DNA of 63,228 nucleotides, filler included. It is 3 parts of 3 records of this genome, joined end to end, with 100 filler letters (N's around TTAATTAATTAA, not from the genome) between each part and the next. Parts side by side here need not be neighbours in the genome. Positions count along the whole stretch, not along the records: positions 1 to 30,598 come from SRR22947727_1896; positions 30,699 to 52,396 come from SRR22947727_1898; 1 more part is not named here. The stretch is one strand, 5' to 3'. Under the pieces are notes generated by a model. It was not told where the DNA came from, made no database searches, and saw nothing but the letters and a program-made list of their open reading frames with translations. Positions within the stretch are counted from its first letter, which is position 1. Every line of letters starts with the position of its first letter. Below, piece by piece: positions 22,217-32,572 of this stretch. The position numbers and the translations under genes were made by a program.

Positions 22217-22438
22217 TCAATCGATGGATCGAATCAAGGTGATGTGCCGGCGGGCGATCAAAACAGGACGTGTAGAGCCGAGACGTTCAAGGGCCAGAAA
22301 CTCAGGGTCTTGCCAAATCAGTCGGCCCTCAATGCGCTCCTGATCAAGAACCGCGATGCTCACAGCGAGGCCTTCGCGGATCCAGTTCTGCAGCATCCGC
22401 ACACCCGGAAGACTTGGATCAAGGGGCGTGGTCTCCAT
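22217..22438 (-). CDS. hfq: cyanobacterial Hfq (Sm-like) protein
   Basis: LPGVR.LQ.WIR...G.L.WQD motif; conserved position between leuS and dapF. Confidence 0.85.
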   Translation of the reverse strand: METTPLDPSLPGVRMLQNWIREGLAVSIAVLDQERIEGRLIWQDPEFLALERLGSTRPVLIARRHITLIRSID

Positions 22439-22465
22439 AAAATTCAGAACACACGTAGGGGGAGC

Positions 22466-23533
22466 ATGCTGCAGTTCAGCAAATATCAGGGTCTTGGCAA
22501 CGACTTCCTGATTCTTGAGGGTCGTCAGGGTCAGCTGGATGTTGCTATTGCAGAGCCAGACCCCAACTGGGTTCGTCGAATTTGTGATCGACGCTTTGGT
22601 GTGGGTGGTGACGGTGTGATTTTGGCTCTCCCGCCTCAGGCCGATGGTGATCTGCGGATGCGGATTTTCAATGCCGATGGCACGGAAGCTGAGATGTGTG
22701 GCAATGGCATTCGCTGCCTTGCCCGATATCTGGCTGACACCGATGGAGAGGCTCCAGGTTGCCGATGGGCGATTGAGACCCCAGCAGGAATGATTCGCCC
22801 TGAGTTGATGACGAATGGACAGTTGCGGGTGGATATGGGCGCCCCGTTTTTGGAGTCAGCGTCGATCCCCACAACCCTTGAACCTTTGGCTGGGCTACCA
22901 AGAGGGGCGCTCGAGATCGATGGAGTTCCTCTCAATGTTGCCTCCGTCGGAATGGGCAATCCCCATGTGGTGGTTCCGGTCGATGACCTAAGCCGAATTC
23001 CCTTCGAGGTGTGGGGGGCTGCCTTGGAAGTGCACCCCGTTTTTCCCGCCAAGACCAATGTTCATTTCCTCAAGGTTCATGCCCGTGACCGATTGGAAAT
23101 ACGCGTTTGGGAACGGGGGGCTGGCCCGACCCTGGCCTGTGGCACAGGTGCCTGCGCCACGCTGGTTGCAGCTGTTCTTCTCGACCTTGCCGACGAGCAG
23201 GCCGAAGTGATGCTTCCTGGAGGCCCTCTACTTATTTCTTGGCCTGGACGTAGTGGATCTGTCTTGATGACTGGGCCTGCTGAGGCCGTGTTCGATGGGG
23301 TGATCACGCCGGAATTGGTGCCCGCCCCATCTCCTTCGGAATCGATGGTTCAAGTTCCCGACGCAAATACTCCTGTCGAGCCACCATCTCCTGCTTCGCT
23401 GGAGGATGAGGCGGCCGCACTGGCCAAGGTGCAAGCGTTTCTCAACGACACGTCATTGGACTCGATGTTGAACCTGGCCAGCGATTCTTTAGAGCAGCGC
23501 ACACGCTCCCGCTTTGAACGTGGTGGAAGCTGA
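22466..23533 (+). CDS. dapF: diaminopimelate epimerase with C-terminal extension
   Basis: FSKYQGLGNDF, EMCGNG.RC, GNPH, ERGAG.TLACGTGA; GGGGGAG RBS before ATG 22466. Confidence 0.96.
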   Translation: MLQFSKYQGLGNDFLILEGRQGQLDVAIAEPDPNWVRRICDRRFGVGGDGVILALPPQADGDLRMRIFNADGTEAEMCGNGIRCLARYLADTDGEAPGCRWAIETPAGMIRPELMTNGQLRVDMGAPFLESASIPTTLEPLAGLPRGALEIDGVPLNVASVGMGNPHVVVPVDDLSRIPFEVWGAALEVHPVFPAKTNVHFLKVHARDRLEIRVWERGAGPTLACGTGACATLVAAVLLDLADEQAEVMLPGGPLLISWPGRSGSVLMTGPAEAVFDGVITPELVPAPSPSESMVQVPDANTPVEPPSPASLEDEAAALAKVQAFLNDTSLDSMLNLASDSLEQRTRSRFERGGS

Positions 23534-24692
23534 GATTTATTTGGATGCGGCTGCAACCACTCCGCCTCGGCCGGATGTGATTGAGGCCATTGTTGAGGCG
23601 CAGCGAAAGGCTTGGGGGAACCCCAGCAGTTTGCACAACACAGGTGTGAAGGCTGCTGAGTTGCTGGAGCGGTTGCGCTGGGAGCTCGCGCAACGATTCG
23701 CGGTGGCGCCAGATCAGCTGATTTTTACCTCAGGCGCCACAGAGTCCGTCCATCTCGCCATTGTTGGTTCAGCGGCGAAGCTCACTCCCGGTCGAATCGT
23801 GGTGTCTGGGGTGGAACATCCGGCAGTTTTGGCAGCTGCCAATCAATTGAAAAACAAGGGTTGGACTGTTGCGTTCTGGCCTGTTGATGCGCTGGGTCTG
23901 ATCCGTTTGGAGTGCCTGGAGGAGCTATTGGCCGAACCAACTCGCATGGTTTCGCTGATTGCTGCCCAGAGCGAGGTCGGTGCACTTCAGCCAACGGACG
24001 TGGTGGGACAGGCGTGCCGTGCCCGTGGCATCACGTTCCACAGCGATGCGACCCAGCTGATTCCACAGGGCTGTCCTGAGTTCAATCATTTTCAGTCCGA
24101 TTTGGTCAGCCTGTCGGCCCATAAGTTCCAAGGCCCTCGTGGGATTGGCCTACTCATTCGAGGTTCAAACCTTCCGTTGGCTCCGGTTCAAGGGGGAGGT
24201 GGGCAAGAGTTTGGCTTGCGCTCGGGAACGGAAGCCTTACCTCTGATTGCTGGAATGGCTCAGGCCCTATCCGCACTCCCTGCGTATCACCTGGGTGGCG
24301 ACACGCTCCCACCAGGCTCTGGAGCTGAAGTTCGGCGACAACGGGATGATCTTCTCCAAGCGCTGTTGGAAATACGGGGTTTGTCATTGTTGGGCCCCAA
24401 CGTCACGCAGCGATCGCCAAATCACATCGCTGTTCTGGTCGGGTCTGCAGAGGGTCAGCCCCTTTCTGCGCGGGCGATGGTTCGAGAGTTGGCCCGCCGC
24501 GGTGTGGCTTGCAGTAGTGGAAGTGCTTGTCGTTCAGGACAGCGGCAAGACAGTTCTGTCTTGACCGCAATGAATGTCCCTGAACCGTGGCGTCAGTCGG
24601 GTTTGCGCTTCACCCTCGGTCCTTGGTTGGATGACAAGGCTCTGAAACAAGTTCCTGAACTTGTGTTGGCCGCTCAGCGCGCGCTCTCCTGA
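23514..24692 (+). CDS. cysteine desulfurase (IscS/NifS family, class V PLP)
   Basis: YLDAAATT, GNPSS.H, FTSGATE, SAHKFQGP.G.G, RSGT, SSGSAC. Confidence 0.9.
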   Translation: MNVVEAEIYLDAAATTPPRPDVIEAIVEAQRKAWGNPSSLHNTGVKAAELLERLRWELAQRFAVAPDQLIFTSGATESVHLAIVGSAAKLTPGRIVVSGVEHPAVLAAANQLKNKGWTVAFWPVDALGLIRLECLEELLAEPTRMVSLIAAQSEVGALQPTDVVGQACRARGITFHSDATQLIPQGCPEFNHFQSDLVSLSAHKFQGPRGIGLLIRGSNLPLAPVQGGGGQEFGLRSGTEALPLIAGMAQALSALPAYHLGGDTLPPGSGAEVRRQRDDLLQALLEIRGLSLLGPNVTQRSPNHIAVLVGSAEGQPLSARAMVRELARRGVACSSGSACRSGQRQDSSVLTAMNVPEPWRQSGLRFTLGPWLDDKALKQVPELVLAAQRALS

Positions 24693-24704
24693 GATGCTGT
24701 TGTT

Positions 24705-25421
24705 ATGACATCGTCCGAAGCCACAACAAGCTCCCTGCCAGCTGATTTGTTGATGGCAGAAGCACAACTTCAGAATGCAGTGATAGCAGCACTCGCCTCG
24801 GGTGCTGCGCGTCGATGGTCGGCCAATCTCCGCTTCGAAAATTTGCGGGTTCTTCCTGTAGCACTCAGGCTTGCCCGCGCTCTGTTGGCGAAAGATTGTC
24901 CAGTTTTAGTTGTGTGGCCGGATGCGGGTGCTGCGGCCTTAGCGCGGCGCGATGCGGACGACCTCAGCGCCGTCACAATGGACTTCAATCAACTGAAGCG
25001 GAAGGAGTCGAGCACTCCTGATACCCGAGTTCTGTTGGCGATTGGTCCACAGCCTTCTGATTACGAAGATTTTGAGGCGGTGTGTGATGGTCATGCCGGC
25101 CCGGTGGTGATGCTCAACGGTCGCTTGGAAGATGCCGCCGTGGGGATTGGCAGCGTGGCCCGGGAGAGACGACGGGGTTTCGTTGCCACTTGGCTGCAGG
25201 CGTATTGGCTTCAACCGCTGGAGGGAGGTGCCCTACTCAGGTCTTATCCCGAGAACTGGCAGTTGTTTCGCTTGGATCCGGACGGATATCGCCCACTGTC
25301 GTCGTTCGAGACGCGACCAGATCCTGAGACGATTTCCGCTGTTTTGGCCGGTGAGGATCCAGATGGCTTGAAGCAGCAGCTCAAAAGCGTCGATCGCTTT
25401 CTCGATGGTCTACAAAATTGA
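24705..25421 (+). CDS. DUF1995 family protein
   Basis: PDAGAAALA, LNGRLED..VGIG, L.R.YP..W motifs. Confidence 0.8.
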   Translation: MTSSEATTSSLPADLLMAEAQLQNAVIAALASGAARRWSANLRFENLRVLPVALRLARALLAKDCPVLVVWPDAGAAALARRDADDLSAVTMDFNQLKRKESSTPDTRVLLAIGPQPSDYEDFEAVCDGHAGPVVMLNGRLEDAAVGIGSVARERRRGFVATWLQAYWLQPLEGGALLRSYPENWQLFRLDPDGYRPLSSFETRPDPETISAVLAGEDPDGLKQQLKSVDRFLDGLQN

Positions 25422-25482
25422 TCGGAGTTCAGCTTGATTGCTGCTCCGACTGTCTTTAGGGTTCGTGTCCCCGTGGGGATTT

Positions 25483-25992
25483 ATGACTCGCCTCAATTGG
25501 CTTCGCAACCTGTCGCCCATCGATGGTGTAGCGGCAGTCATTGCATGCCTGGCTCTCGTCGGTGTGGTGTGGTCGCCAAAGCTGAATCAAGCCATCGCCA
25601 AGGCGTCAGGGGCGATGCAAACGGTTGGGGTGAGTGTGGATGTTCGGCAACTGCAATTGGCTCAGCCCGAGCTCTTGCTTCAGTCGATTCGTGAAGAAGG
25701 CCGAGTGAATATCGTGATTCGCAATCAACCGGCGGGACGTGTTGAACTCGTGGATGTGGTGAATGTCACCCAACCGTTGATGGCTATGCAACCGGACGGC
25801 CGAATTGTTGAAGCAGACATTGCCAATCAGTCCCAAGGGCTTCATGTTCGTTTTGTGTTGAAGGCAGACGCTGAAGCTGCTGCATCAGGTGTTGTTTTTG
25901 GCGGCACCAAGCTCAAAATTGGCGTGCCGGTGGATCTGCAAGGACGGCTCTACAGCTTCCGTGGCGTGGTCAGCGGGATCACGTTGCCGTGA
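25483..25992 (+). CDS. DUF4330 family protein
   Basis: ID + TM segment, IVIRNQPAG, KLKIG.P. Confidence 0.75.
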   Translation: MTRLNWLRNLSPIDGVAAVIACLALVGVVWSPKLNQAIAKASGAMQTVGVSVDVRQLQLAQPELLLQSIREEGRVNIVIRNQPAGRVELVDVVNVTQPLMAMQPDGRIVEADIANQSQGLHVRFVLKADAEAAASGVVFGGTKLKIGVPVDLQGRLYSFRGVVSGITLP

Positions 25993-27284
25993 TGCGACGC
26001 TTCACGGCCCTGGTTTTGTTGTCTTCGCTCAACGTCACTGGAGCTGTTGCCCAGCCGTTGTTAGCGCCTCCGCCCGTTCAACAACGTCAAGGTCTTGCTC
26101 TGCTTGGAATGGGACCGCTCTGCCCAGCCCTCCAACGATCAGTGGAGGCTTCAGTGGGATCCGAAAGTCGGGCCTGGAGCATCAGTGTGCTCGACGACCG
26201 CGGTCAAGCTCTGGCTGATCTCAATGGAGGACTCGCGCGGATTCCAGCTTCAAACCAAAAGCTGGTCAGCACGGCTTTTGCTCTTGATCGTCTTGGTCCG
26301 GACTTTCGTTTACGCACCGAGCTTCTTCGCCATCCCAACGGCACCTTGGAGCTGGTCGGCGAAGGGGATCCCGATTTGAGCGTCGCTGAGGTGCAACGCA
26401 TCGCGATGGTTGCCCTCGGTCAGGGTGGCTCCCGTCGACCATCGGCCTCAACGCAGCCGGTCAAGTTGGTCGTTCGCGAGGAACCTCGTCAGCGTTGGTG
26501 GCCCAGCGATTGGCATCCTGCCGATCGTTCTTATGCCTACGGGGCACCCATCACCCGGTTAGCGCTCACCAGTAACGCGCTTTACATGGCCGTAATGAAC
26601 CCTGCAGCTCGATTGCAGCAGGTTCTGGATTTGGCGATTCGCCGCCAGGGGGGGCAAGTCCAGCTTGAGTTGCTGGATCACGACAGTTTTGAAGACAGTG
26701 GCGTTGAGGAAAGTGTTGTTTTGCATCGCGAAGAGTCGGCCCCCATGCATGCCTTGCTCAGCCTGGCCAATACCGAAAGTCATAACTTCACGGCAGAAGT
26801 GTTGATGCGGGAAGCAGCGAACAGCTGGGATCTTGGACAGGCTTCATTGATCACAACCCGTTGGCTTCAAGCCCAGGGCGTTCCGATGGCTGGCGTTCGC
26901 ATCCGTGATGGGAGTGGGTTGTCCCGTGGCAATCGTCTGACCACTCGAGCCATTTCAACCCTGCTTTGGCGCATGGCACAGCATCCATTGGGTAGCTACT
27001 ACCAAGCCTCGATGGCGATCGCAGGTCAACGAGGAACGCTCAGAAAACGATTTGGAAGCACAACGCTTTATGGACGTTTTTGGGGAAAAACAGGAACGTT
27101 GTCTGGGGTGAGATCGATCTCAGGGGTTCTTGAAACTAAGCATGGACCCCTTTACGTGAGCATGATCTCGAACGGCGGTTCCGCCCCCTTCGCCGTGATG
27201 GGGGATGTGCTGCTAGCGAGTCAGCGGATTAGCCGTTGCCCTTCATGGAACGGAATCGAGAGGATGAACGGCGTCCGCGATTGA
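25989..27284 (+). CDS. dacB: D-alanyl-D-alanine carboxypeptidase/endopeptidase (PBP4, peptidase S13)
   Basis: PASNQK (SxxK), SHN (SxN), DGSGLSR, KTGTL. Confidence 0.9.
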   Translation: MMRRFTALVLLSSLNVTGAVAQPLLAPPPVQQRQGLALLGMGPLCPALQRSVEASVGSESRAWSISVLDDRGQALADLNGGLARIPASNQKLVSTAFALDRLGPDFRLRTELLRHPNGTLELVGEGDPDLSVAEVQRIAMVALGQGGSRRPSASTQPVKLVVREEPRQRWWPSDWHPADRSYAYGAPITRLALTSNALYMAVMNPAARLQQVLDLAIRRQGGQVQLELLDHDSFEDSGVEESVVLHREESAPMHALLSLANTESHNFTAEVLMREAANSWDLGQASLITTRWLQAQGVPMAGVRIRDGSGLSRGNRLTTRAISTLLWRMAQHPLGSYYQASMAIAGQRGTLRKRFGSTTLYGRFWGKTGTLSGVRSISGVLETKHGPLYVSMISNGGSAPFAVMGDVLLASQRISRCPSWNGIERMNGVRD

Positions 27285-28161
27285 TCGGTGCAGCGGCTTG
27301 AGCTGGATTCGACTGCTTGGATCCCAAGTCGGAACGAATTGATTGGATTTTGACCAATTCCTGGCGGCCACCAATGACGATCTGAGCCATATCTTTGAGT
27401 CGTGCTTCCAGCTCCCCCAGGGTTTGTTCGGCATAACGGTTGGCGCCGTCTTGCACTCCAGCCGCTTCTTGACGGCTGCGATGAATCAGCGCTTCACACT
27501 GCTGTTGAGTTTGCTGCCGAAATTGCAGAGCATCGTTGTGGATTCGCTCGGCTTCATCACGACCTTCCTTTTGAAGACGCAATCCTTCATTGCGAATGGC
27601 TTCTAAATCTTTCTGTGCTTGAGCTCGATTGATGTCGTGTTGTTCCGCGGCCTGACGGCGTAATTCAACAACTTCCTGCTCTAGTTCTTGACGACGCTGC
27701 AGGGCCTCCTGTTCGAGCTGCTGCCTGCGGGCAGCAAAGATCTGCTCTTGTTCAGCGATTTTGGCTTGAACCTCCTGCTCAAAACGGGCCCCTTGCTGGC
27801 GAGTTGTTTGAAGAAGTTGTTCGCACTGTTGACGGGTTTGATCGCGGAGGTCATTCACCTGACGTTCAGCCTCTTGCCGAATCGCCGCACTATTAACGAG
27901 CTGCTCCCGTTGACGTTGCGCCTGTTGAACGATTTCTTCGGCTTGCTGTCGCGCCGTATTGATGAAGTCATCCCGGCGTTCAATCAGTTTTCCAGCCCTC
28001 TCAATTTCCTTTGGAAGAGCTTCCCGTACGGCATCGAGAACTTCGACGGCATCCCCTTCGTTCACCAGTCGACCACCAGTAAATGGGAGACGACTGCCTT
28101 CCAGTACGACCTCCTCGAGCTGATCAAGCTGATCGAGAACGGTGAGCCGCACGTCGTCCAT
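27229..28161 (-). CDS. DivIVA/Cdv3-like coiled-coil cell division protein
   Basis: LDQLEEVVLEGSRLPFTG N-terminus, long coiled coil, GA..YA...L..LE; directly downstream of coaD. Confidence 0.75.
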   Translation of the reverse strand: MDDVRLTVLDQLDQLEEVVLEGSRLPFTGGRLVNEGDAVEVLDAVREALPKEIERAGKLIERRDDFINTARQQAEEIVQQAQRQREQLVNSAAIRQEAERQVNDLRDQTRQQCEQLLQTTRQQGARFEQEVQAKIAEQEQIFAARRQQLEQEALQRRQELEQEVVELRRQAAEQHDINRAQAQKDLEAIRNEGLRLQKEGRDEAERIHNDALQFRQQTQQQCEALIHRSRQEAAGVQDGANRYAEQTLGELEARLKDMAQIVIGGRQELVKIQSIRSDLGSKQSNPAQAAAPINRGRRSSSRFRSMKGNG

Positions 28162-28162
28162 C

Positions 28163-28654
28163 TCAGTGGGGTAAGAAAGTTGAATTAAAGAGCCTGTTGA
28201 GGTCGAGCGCCACCTCTTTGGGCACCATGTGGTCAATCGCGCCACCGAAGCGCGCCACCTCTTTGACGACTGAACTGCTCAGGAAACTGTGTTGGGTGGA
28301 CGTTGCCATAAAAACCGTCTCCAGAGTGTCGTCGAGGGAGCGGTTGGTATGCGCCAGTTGAAGTTCGTATTCAAAGTCGCTCATGGCCCGTAATCCCCGC
28401 AAGATCAGATCGGCGCTGTGCTCTTTGGCGCAGTTCACGGTGAGTCCATCGAAACTGACCACCTCAACACCCTGGAGATGGACCGTCGAAGAGCGGATTT
28501 GCCTGATCCGCTCTTCGACACTGAAGGCCGGTTTTTTACTCGGATTGCCCAGAACGGCAACGATCACGTCACCGAAAAGGGCCGCAGCCCTTTCGATCAG
28601 GTCCATATGACCATTGGTGAGGGGGTCAAAGCTGCCGGGATAGAGCGCCCGCAT
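28163..28654 (-). CDS. coaD: phosphopantetheine adenylyltransferase
   Basis: [29 protein letters not shown]. Confidence 0.96.
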   Translation of the reverse strand: MRALYPGSFDPLTNGHMDLIERAAALFGDVIVAVLGNPSKKPAFSVEERIRQIRSSTVHLQGVEVVSFDGLTVNCAKEHSADLILRGLRAMSDFEYELQLAHTNRSLDDTLETVFMATSTQHSFLSSSVVKEVARFGGAIDHMVPKEVALDLNRLFNSTFLPH

Positions 28655-28725
28655 TGGCACAGTTGACGGTGATCGAATCCTATGCAGCTGATCGCTGCCT
28701 AGATTTTTAAGAAAGCTTGGGTGCC

Positions 28726-29208
28726 ATGAGCCTCGATACCGACGCCAAGAAAGTTCTGCTTCGCAAAATCCCCCATGGACTGTTTATTTGTGGCGTGCGC
28801 GATGGTGATGATGTGAACGGCTTTACAGCCAGTTGGGTCACCCAGGGTTCATTTGAGCCACCTTTGGTCGTGATGGGTGTTCGGGCCGATAGCAGTAGCC
28901 ACGCCATCATTGAGGCCACCAAACGTTTCTCGCTCAACGTCTTAAGGGCCGACCAAAAGGATTTGGCTGCGGTGTTCTTTAAGCCTCAGAAAGGCTTGGG
29001 CGGTCGCTTTGAAGCTGCACCCTTCACCGAAGGTGAACTCGGACTTCCTTTACTGGACGATGCTGTTGGCGGCGTTGAATGTGAACTGGTTGGCTCGCTC
29101 AAGCACGGTGATCACACCGTTTTCGTGGGTGCGGTGAAGTCGGCCCGTTTGATTGCAGACGGTGAGGCCCTCAATTTGGCTTCAACGGGGTGGAACTACG
29201 GCGGCTGA
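28726..29208 (+). CDS. flavin reductase family protein
   Basis: [20 protein letters not shown] motifs. Confidence 0.88.
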   Translation: MSLDTDAKKVLLRKIPHGLFICGVRDGDDVNGFTASWVTQGSFEPPLVVMGVRADSSSHAIIEATKRFSLNVLRADQKDLAAVFFKPQKGLGGRFEAAPFTEGELGLPLLDDAVGGVECELVGSLKHGDHTVFVGAVKSARLIADGEALNLASTGWNYGG

Positions 29209-29215
29209 TCAACCC

Positions 29216-30598
29216 TTGGCTGACTCGATCTCAGGGACGCCTCTCCTCACCCAGCCGGAGCGTTTGGAACGACGCTTAAAAGATATTCCTGCTGAACCCG
29301 GTTGTTACCTCATGCGTGATGGTGATGACCGGATTTTGTATGTCGGAAAATCAAAAACATTGCGCAGTCGAGTGCGTAGTTATTTTCGTAGCCGCCACGA
29401 TCTGTCGCCGCGCATTCGGCTGATGACTCGGCAGGTCTGTGAGATTGAATTCATCGTTACAGATAGCGAGGCAGAGGCTCTTGCCCTTGAATCCAATCTC
29501 ATAAAAAACCATCAGCCTCATTTTAATGTATTACTAAAGGACGACAAAAAATATCCTTATTTATGTATTACTTGGAGTGAATCCTATCCGCGTATCTTTA
29601 TTACTCGACGTCGACGTTTTAGAAGCCCATTGGATCGCTTCTATGGACCTTATGTTGACGTAGGACTGCTGCGCCGCACGCTTTTTCTTGTCAAGCGTGT
29701 CTTCCCATTGCGTCAAAGACCAAGGCCATTGCATCAGGATCGTACTTGCTTGAATTACAGCATTGGCCGCTGTCCTGGGGTCTGTCAGGAGAAAATTAGC
29801 TCCGACGACTATCACCAAACTTTGCGCAAAGTGGCGATGGTATTTCAGGGTCGAAGTGATGAATTGCAGCACCTCTTGCAGGAACAAATGCTGAAATATG
29901 CCGATCGTACGGATTACGAATCAGCGGCCCGTGTACGCGATCAACTTCAGGGGCTAGATCAACTCACAGCTGATCAGAAGATGAGCCTCCCCGACTCATC
30001 GGTCAGTCGTGATGTCCTTGCGTTGGCCTGTGATGAGCGGCTCGCTGCAGTTCAGTTGTTTCAGATGCGCGCCGGAAAACTTGTCGGACGGCTTGGCTAC
30101 ACAGCCGATGCGGCTGGTCTTTCTCCTGGACTGATCTTGCAACGCGTCATTGAGGAGCATTACAGCCAAGTCGATGCGGTGGAAGTTCCACCCCAGCTCC
30201 TTGTTCAGCACCCACTGCCTCAACAATCATTGCTGGAGGAATGGCTCACTGAGCAACGTGAACGCAAAGTTCAAATTCATTGCCCCCAGCGCCGTCAAAA
30301 AGCCGACTTAATTGAACTCGTTCAGCGCAATGCTGAATTTGAGTTGCTTCGGGCCAAGCAAGGTCAAGAGCAACAAGCCTTGTCCACAGAAGACTTGGCT
30401 CAACTTCTTGACCTCCCACTTCCTCCTCGGAGAATTGAGGGATACGACATCAGCCATATCCAAGGCAGTGATGCGGTGGCCTCCCAGGTGGTGTTTATCG
30501 ATGGTTTGCCGGCGAAACAGCATTACCGCAAATACAAAATCCAGAGCAGCAGCATCCGTGCAGGGCACAGCGATGACTTCATGGCCATGGCAGAAATT
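29216..30598 (+). CDS. uvrC: excinuclease ABC subunit C (3' end cut by contig end)
   Basis: GIY-YIG PG.Y...[44 protein letters not shown]. Confidence 0.95.
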
Positions 30599-30698
30599 NN
30601 NNNNNNNNNNNNNNNNNNNNNNNNNNNNNNNNNNNNNNNNNNTTAATTAATTAANNNNNNNNNNNNNNNNNNNNNNNNNNNNNNNNNNNNNNNNNNNN
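30599..30698. other. artificial contig linker
   Basis: 44 N + TTAATTAATTAA (stop in all six frames) + 44 N; gene content changes from cyanobacterial to gammaproteobacterial across it. Confidence 0.97.
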
Positions 30699-30830
30699 TG
30701 GTCGGGCCTCGGTGAGCGCTGGCTCAAGCTGTACCCCATCGGTAATGAGCACAACGCGATCGGCTTGCGCCTTTAATCCGAGTGTATTGCGTCCCGAGAG
30801 ATTTCCACTATCCAAAACTGGGTCACTCAC
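30699..30830 (-). CDS. murB: UDP-N-acetylenolpyruvoylglucosamine reductase, N-terminal fragment cut by contig end
   Basis: Not in the ORF track. Translates as (M)SDPVLDSGNLSGRNTLGLKAQADRVV..., with the MurB-like NTLG motif; expected position after kdsB. Confidence 0.65.
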
Positions 30831-31557
30831 CGTCCGTTAATAACTGCTTAATCGCGTCGAGATCGTCTTGCGTGTCCACTCCGACCGGCACTGTCTCAGG
30901 TGCCAGCTCGATCTGAATGTGAGCGTCATGGGCTAACGCCCTCAATTGCTCTAACGACTCAGACTGTTCAATCACTGCCGGCGGCCAACTGACAAAACGT
31001 AACAAAAAATCAGCACGATACGCGTACAAACCAATATGGCGATGACAAACCGCCGCCACCGCGTCGTCACGAGATCCCGGGATAACGGCACGCGAAAAGT
31101 AAAGTGCCCGGCCGGTCTCGCTCACCACGACCTTGACTACAGAAGCCTTAGTGGCCTCTTCACTGGAAAGGGGCTCCATTAAGGTCGCCATGTCAGCGCT
31201 TGATTGCTCCGACAACATCGCAGCCACTCGCTGAATATTAGCGACCGGCATCAAAGGCTCATCCCCCTGCAAGTTCACAATAATAGTGTCGTCCGCGAGG
31301 GATAATTGCTGAACGACTTCAGCCAACCGGTCCGTCCCTGAGGTATGCGCTGGGTTTGTCATCAGCACCTCTGCACCGCGGCCGACCATCTCATCACGAA
31401 TACGTACATCGTCAGTTGCAATACAAACCCGATCGGCCCCGGCGCGCATCGCTTGCTCCCAGACCCACGCCACCATCGGCTTGTCCTGTATGGGCAGCAA
31501 TGCCTTACCCGGTAGTCGAGTCGAGCCATATCGAGCCGGAATAACAACTGTAAACAT
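30823..31557 (-). CDS. kdsB: 3-deoxy-manno-octulosonate cytidylyltransferase
   Basis: IPARYGSTRLPGK, SGTDR, NLQGDEP, HIGLYAY, ESLEQLR. Confidence 0.96.
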   Translation of the reverse strand: MFTVVIPARYGSTRLPGKALLPIQDKPMVAWVWEQAMRAGADRVCIATDDVRIRDEMVGRGAEVLMTNPAHTSGTDRLAEVVQQLSLADDTIIVNLQGDEPLMPVANIQRVAAMLSEQSSADMATLMEPLSSEEATKASVVKVVVSETGRALYFSRAVIPGSRDDAVAAVCHRHIGLYAYRADFLLRFVSWPPAVIEQSESLEQLRALAHDAHIQIELAPETVPVGVDTQDDLDAIKQLLTDGE

Positions 31558-31564
31558 AAGGATC

Positions 31565-32572
31565 CTAGGCCTGCATCAGCGTCGGCAATTTATCGTGCAA
31601 TTCTGCTAGCAACGAGGCCGGCAGCTGCGCCTCGATCTCTACCACCCACAGTCTACTATCGATCGATCCACTGAGCTTTACCGCATCCTTAGCGGTCATC
31701 AGGACGATCTCCTCGTCAATGCCCTCAAGGTGCTCTGGCCTGATGGTGTCGTGGTCAGGCAAGGACACTGTATTGACCTTCAGCCCCTGCTCCGTGAGCA
31801 TCCGAAAAAACTGCTCAGGCTGTCCCAGCGCGGTGATCGCCGAAAGCGATTGATCGCCCCACTGCGACAGACAGTCTGCCCATAATACGAGACGACCAGA
31901 CGCCAGGTGGCGCGCCCTATTAATCTGATACTCAAAACCTCGATGAGGGTCGTCACTATTGCGCTCCAATATCCAGTCGACTTCCGCCAGTCGCTCTCGA
32001 GGCTCTCGCAGCGGTCCTGCTGGCAACAGCCGGCCGTTACCCAAACCTCTGTGCGCATCGAGCACCACAATCTCCAGATCTCGTGGCAACTGATAATGTT
32101 GCAGCCCATCATCCGATAACACAATATCGATCGCGTTCTGTTGGAGTAGCGCATCGAGCGCCTGCCTGCGATCTCGCCCTATCACAACGGGCACGTCCAG
32201 CTCCCGCCTAATCAGTAGCGGTTCGTCACCGACCGATGCAGCATCGTCACTCGATGCAACGTGGCAGACCTCGCTGAGGCGCTGACTTCGGTAGCCCCGA
32301 CTGATCACACCCACTCGATAACCGCCGTGTCGTAACCAACGGCCCAATGCCATCAGCACCGGTGTTTTGCCAGTACCCCCCACGGTCACGCCACCAATGA
32401 CGATGACCATGACACCGTCTGGCGTTGCCCCTTTCAACGGTGACTGACCCCGGCGACGCTTCACTTCAAAACGGACGATCAACGATAGCGGCAGGAGACA
32501 CCACGAGAGAATGCTGTTGCGATACCAAATAGCGTTAAGGCCCCGTTCCACTGCACCACGCCAAACGGTCAT
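31565..32572 (-). CDS. lpxK: tetraacyldisaccharide 4'-kinase
   Basis: VGGTGKTP, SRGY, GDEP, DDGLQH, LLPAGPLRE, T.KDAVK. Confidence 0.95.
   Translation of the reverse strand: MTVWRGAVERGLNAIWYRNSILSWCLLPLSLIVRFEVKRRRGQSPLKGATPDGVMVIVIGGVTVGGTGKTPVLMALGRWLRHGGYRVGVISRGYRSQRLSEVCHVASSDDAASVGDEPLLIRRELDVPVVIGRDRRQALDALLQQNAIDIVLSDDGLQHYQLPRDLEIVVLDAHRGLGNGRLLPAGPLREPRERLAEVDWILERNSDDPHRGFEYQINRARHLASGRLVLWADCLSQWGDQSLSAITALGQPEQFFRMLTEQGLKVNTVSLPDHDTIRPEHLEGIDEEIVLMTAKDAVKLSGSIDSRLWVVEIEAQLPASLLAELHDKLPTLMQA

Noticed and set aside
27688-28188. 166-aa Leu-rich + strand ORF
   Set aside because: It is the antisense shadow of the Gln/Glu-rich DivIVA-like coiled-coil gene.
30643-30654. TTAATTAATTAA palindrome (also 52441-52452) as a biological repeat
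   Set aside because: It is embedded in N44 runs and is a standard six-frame-stop assembly linker.
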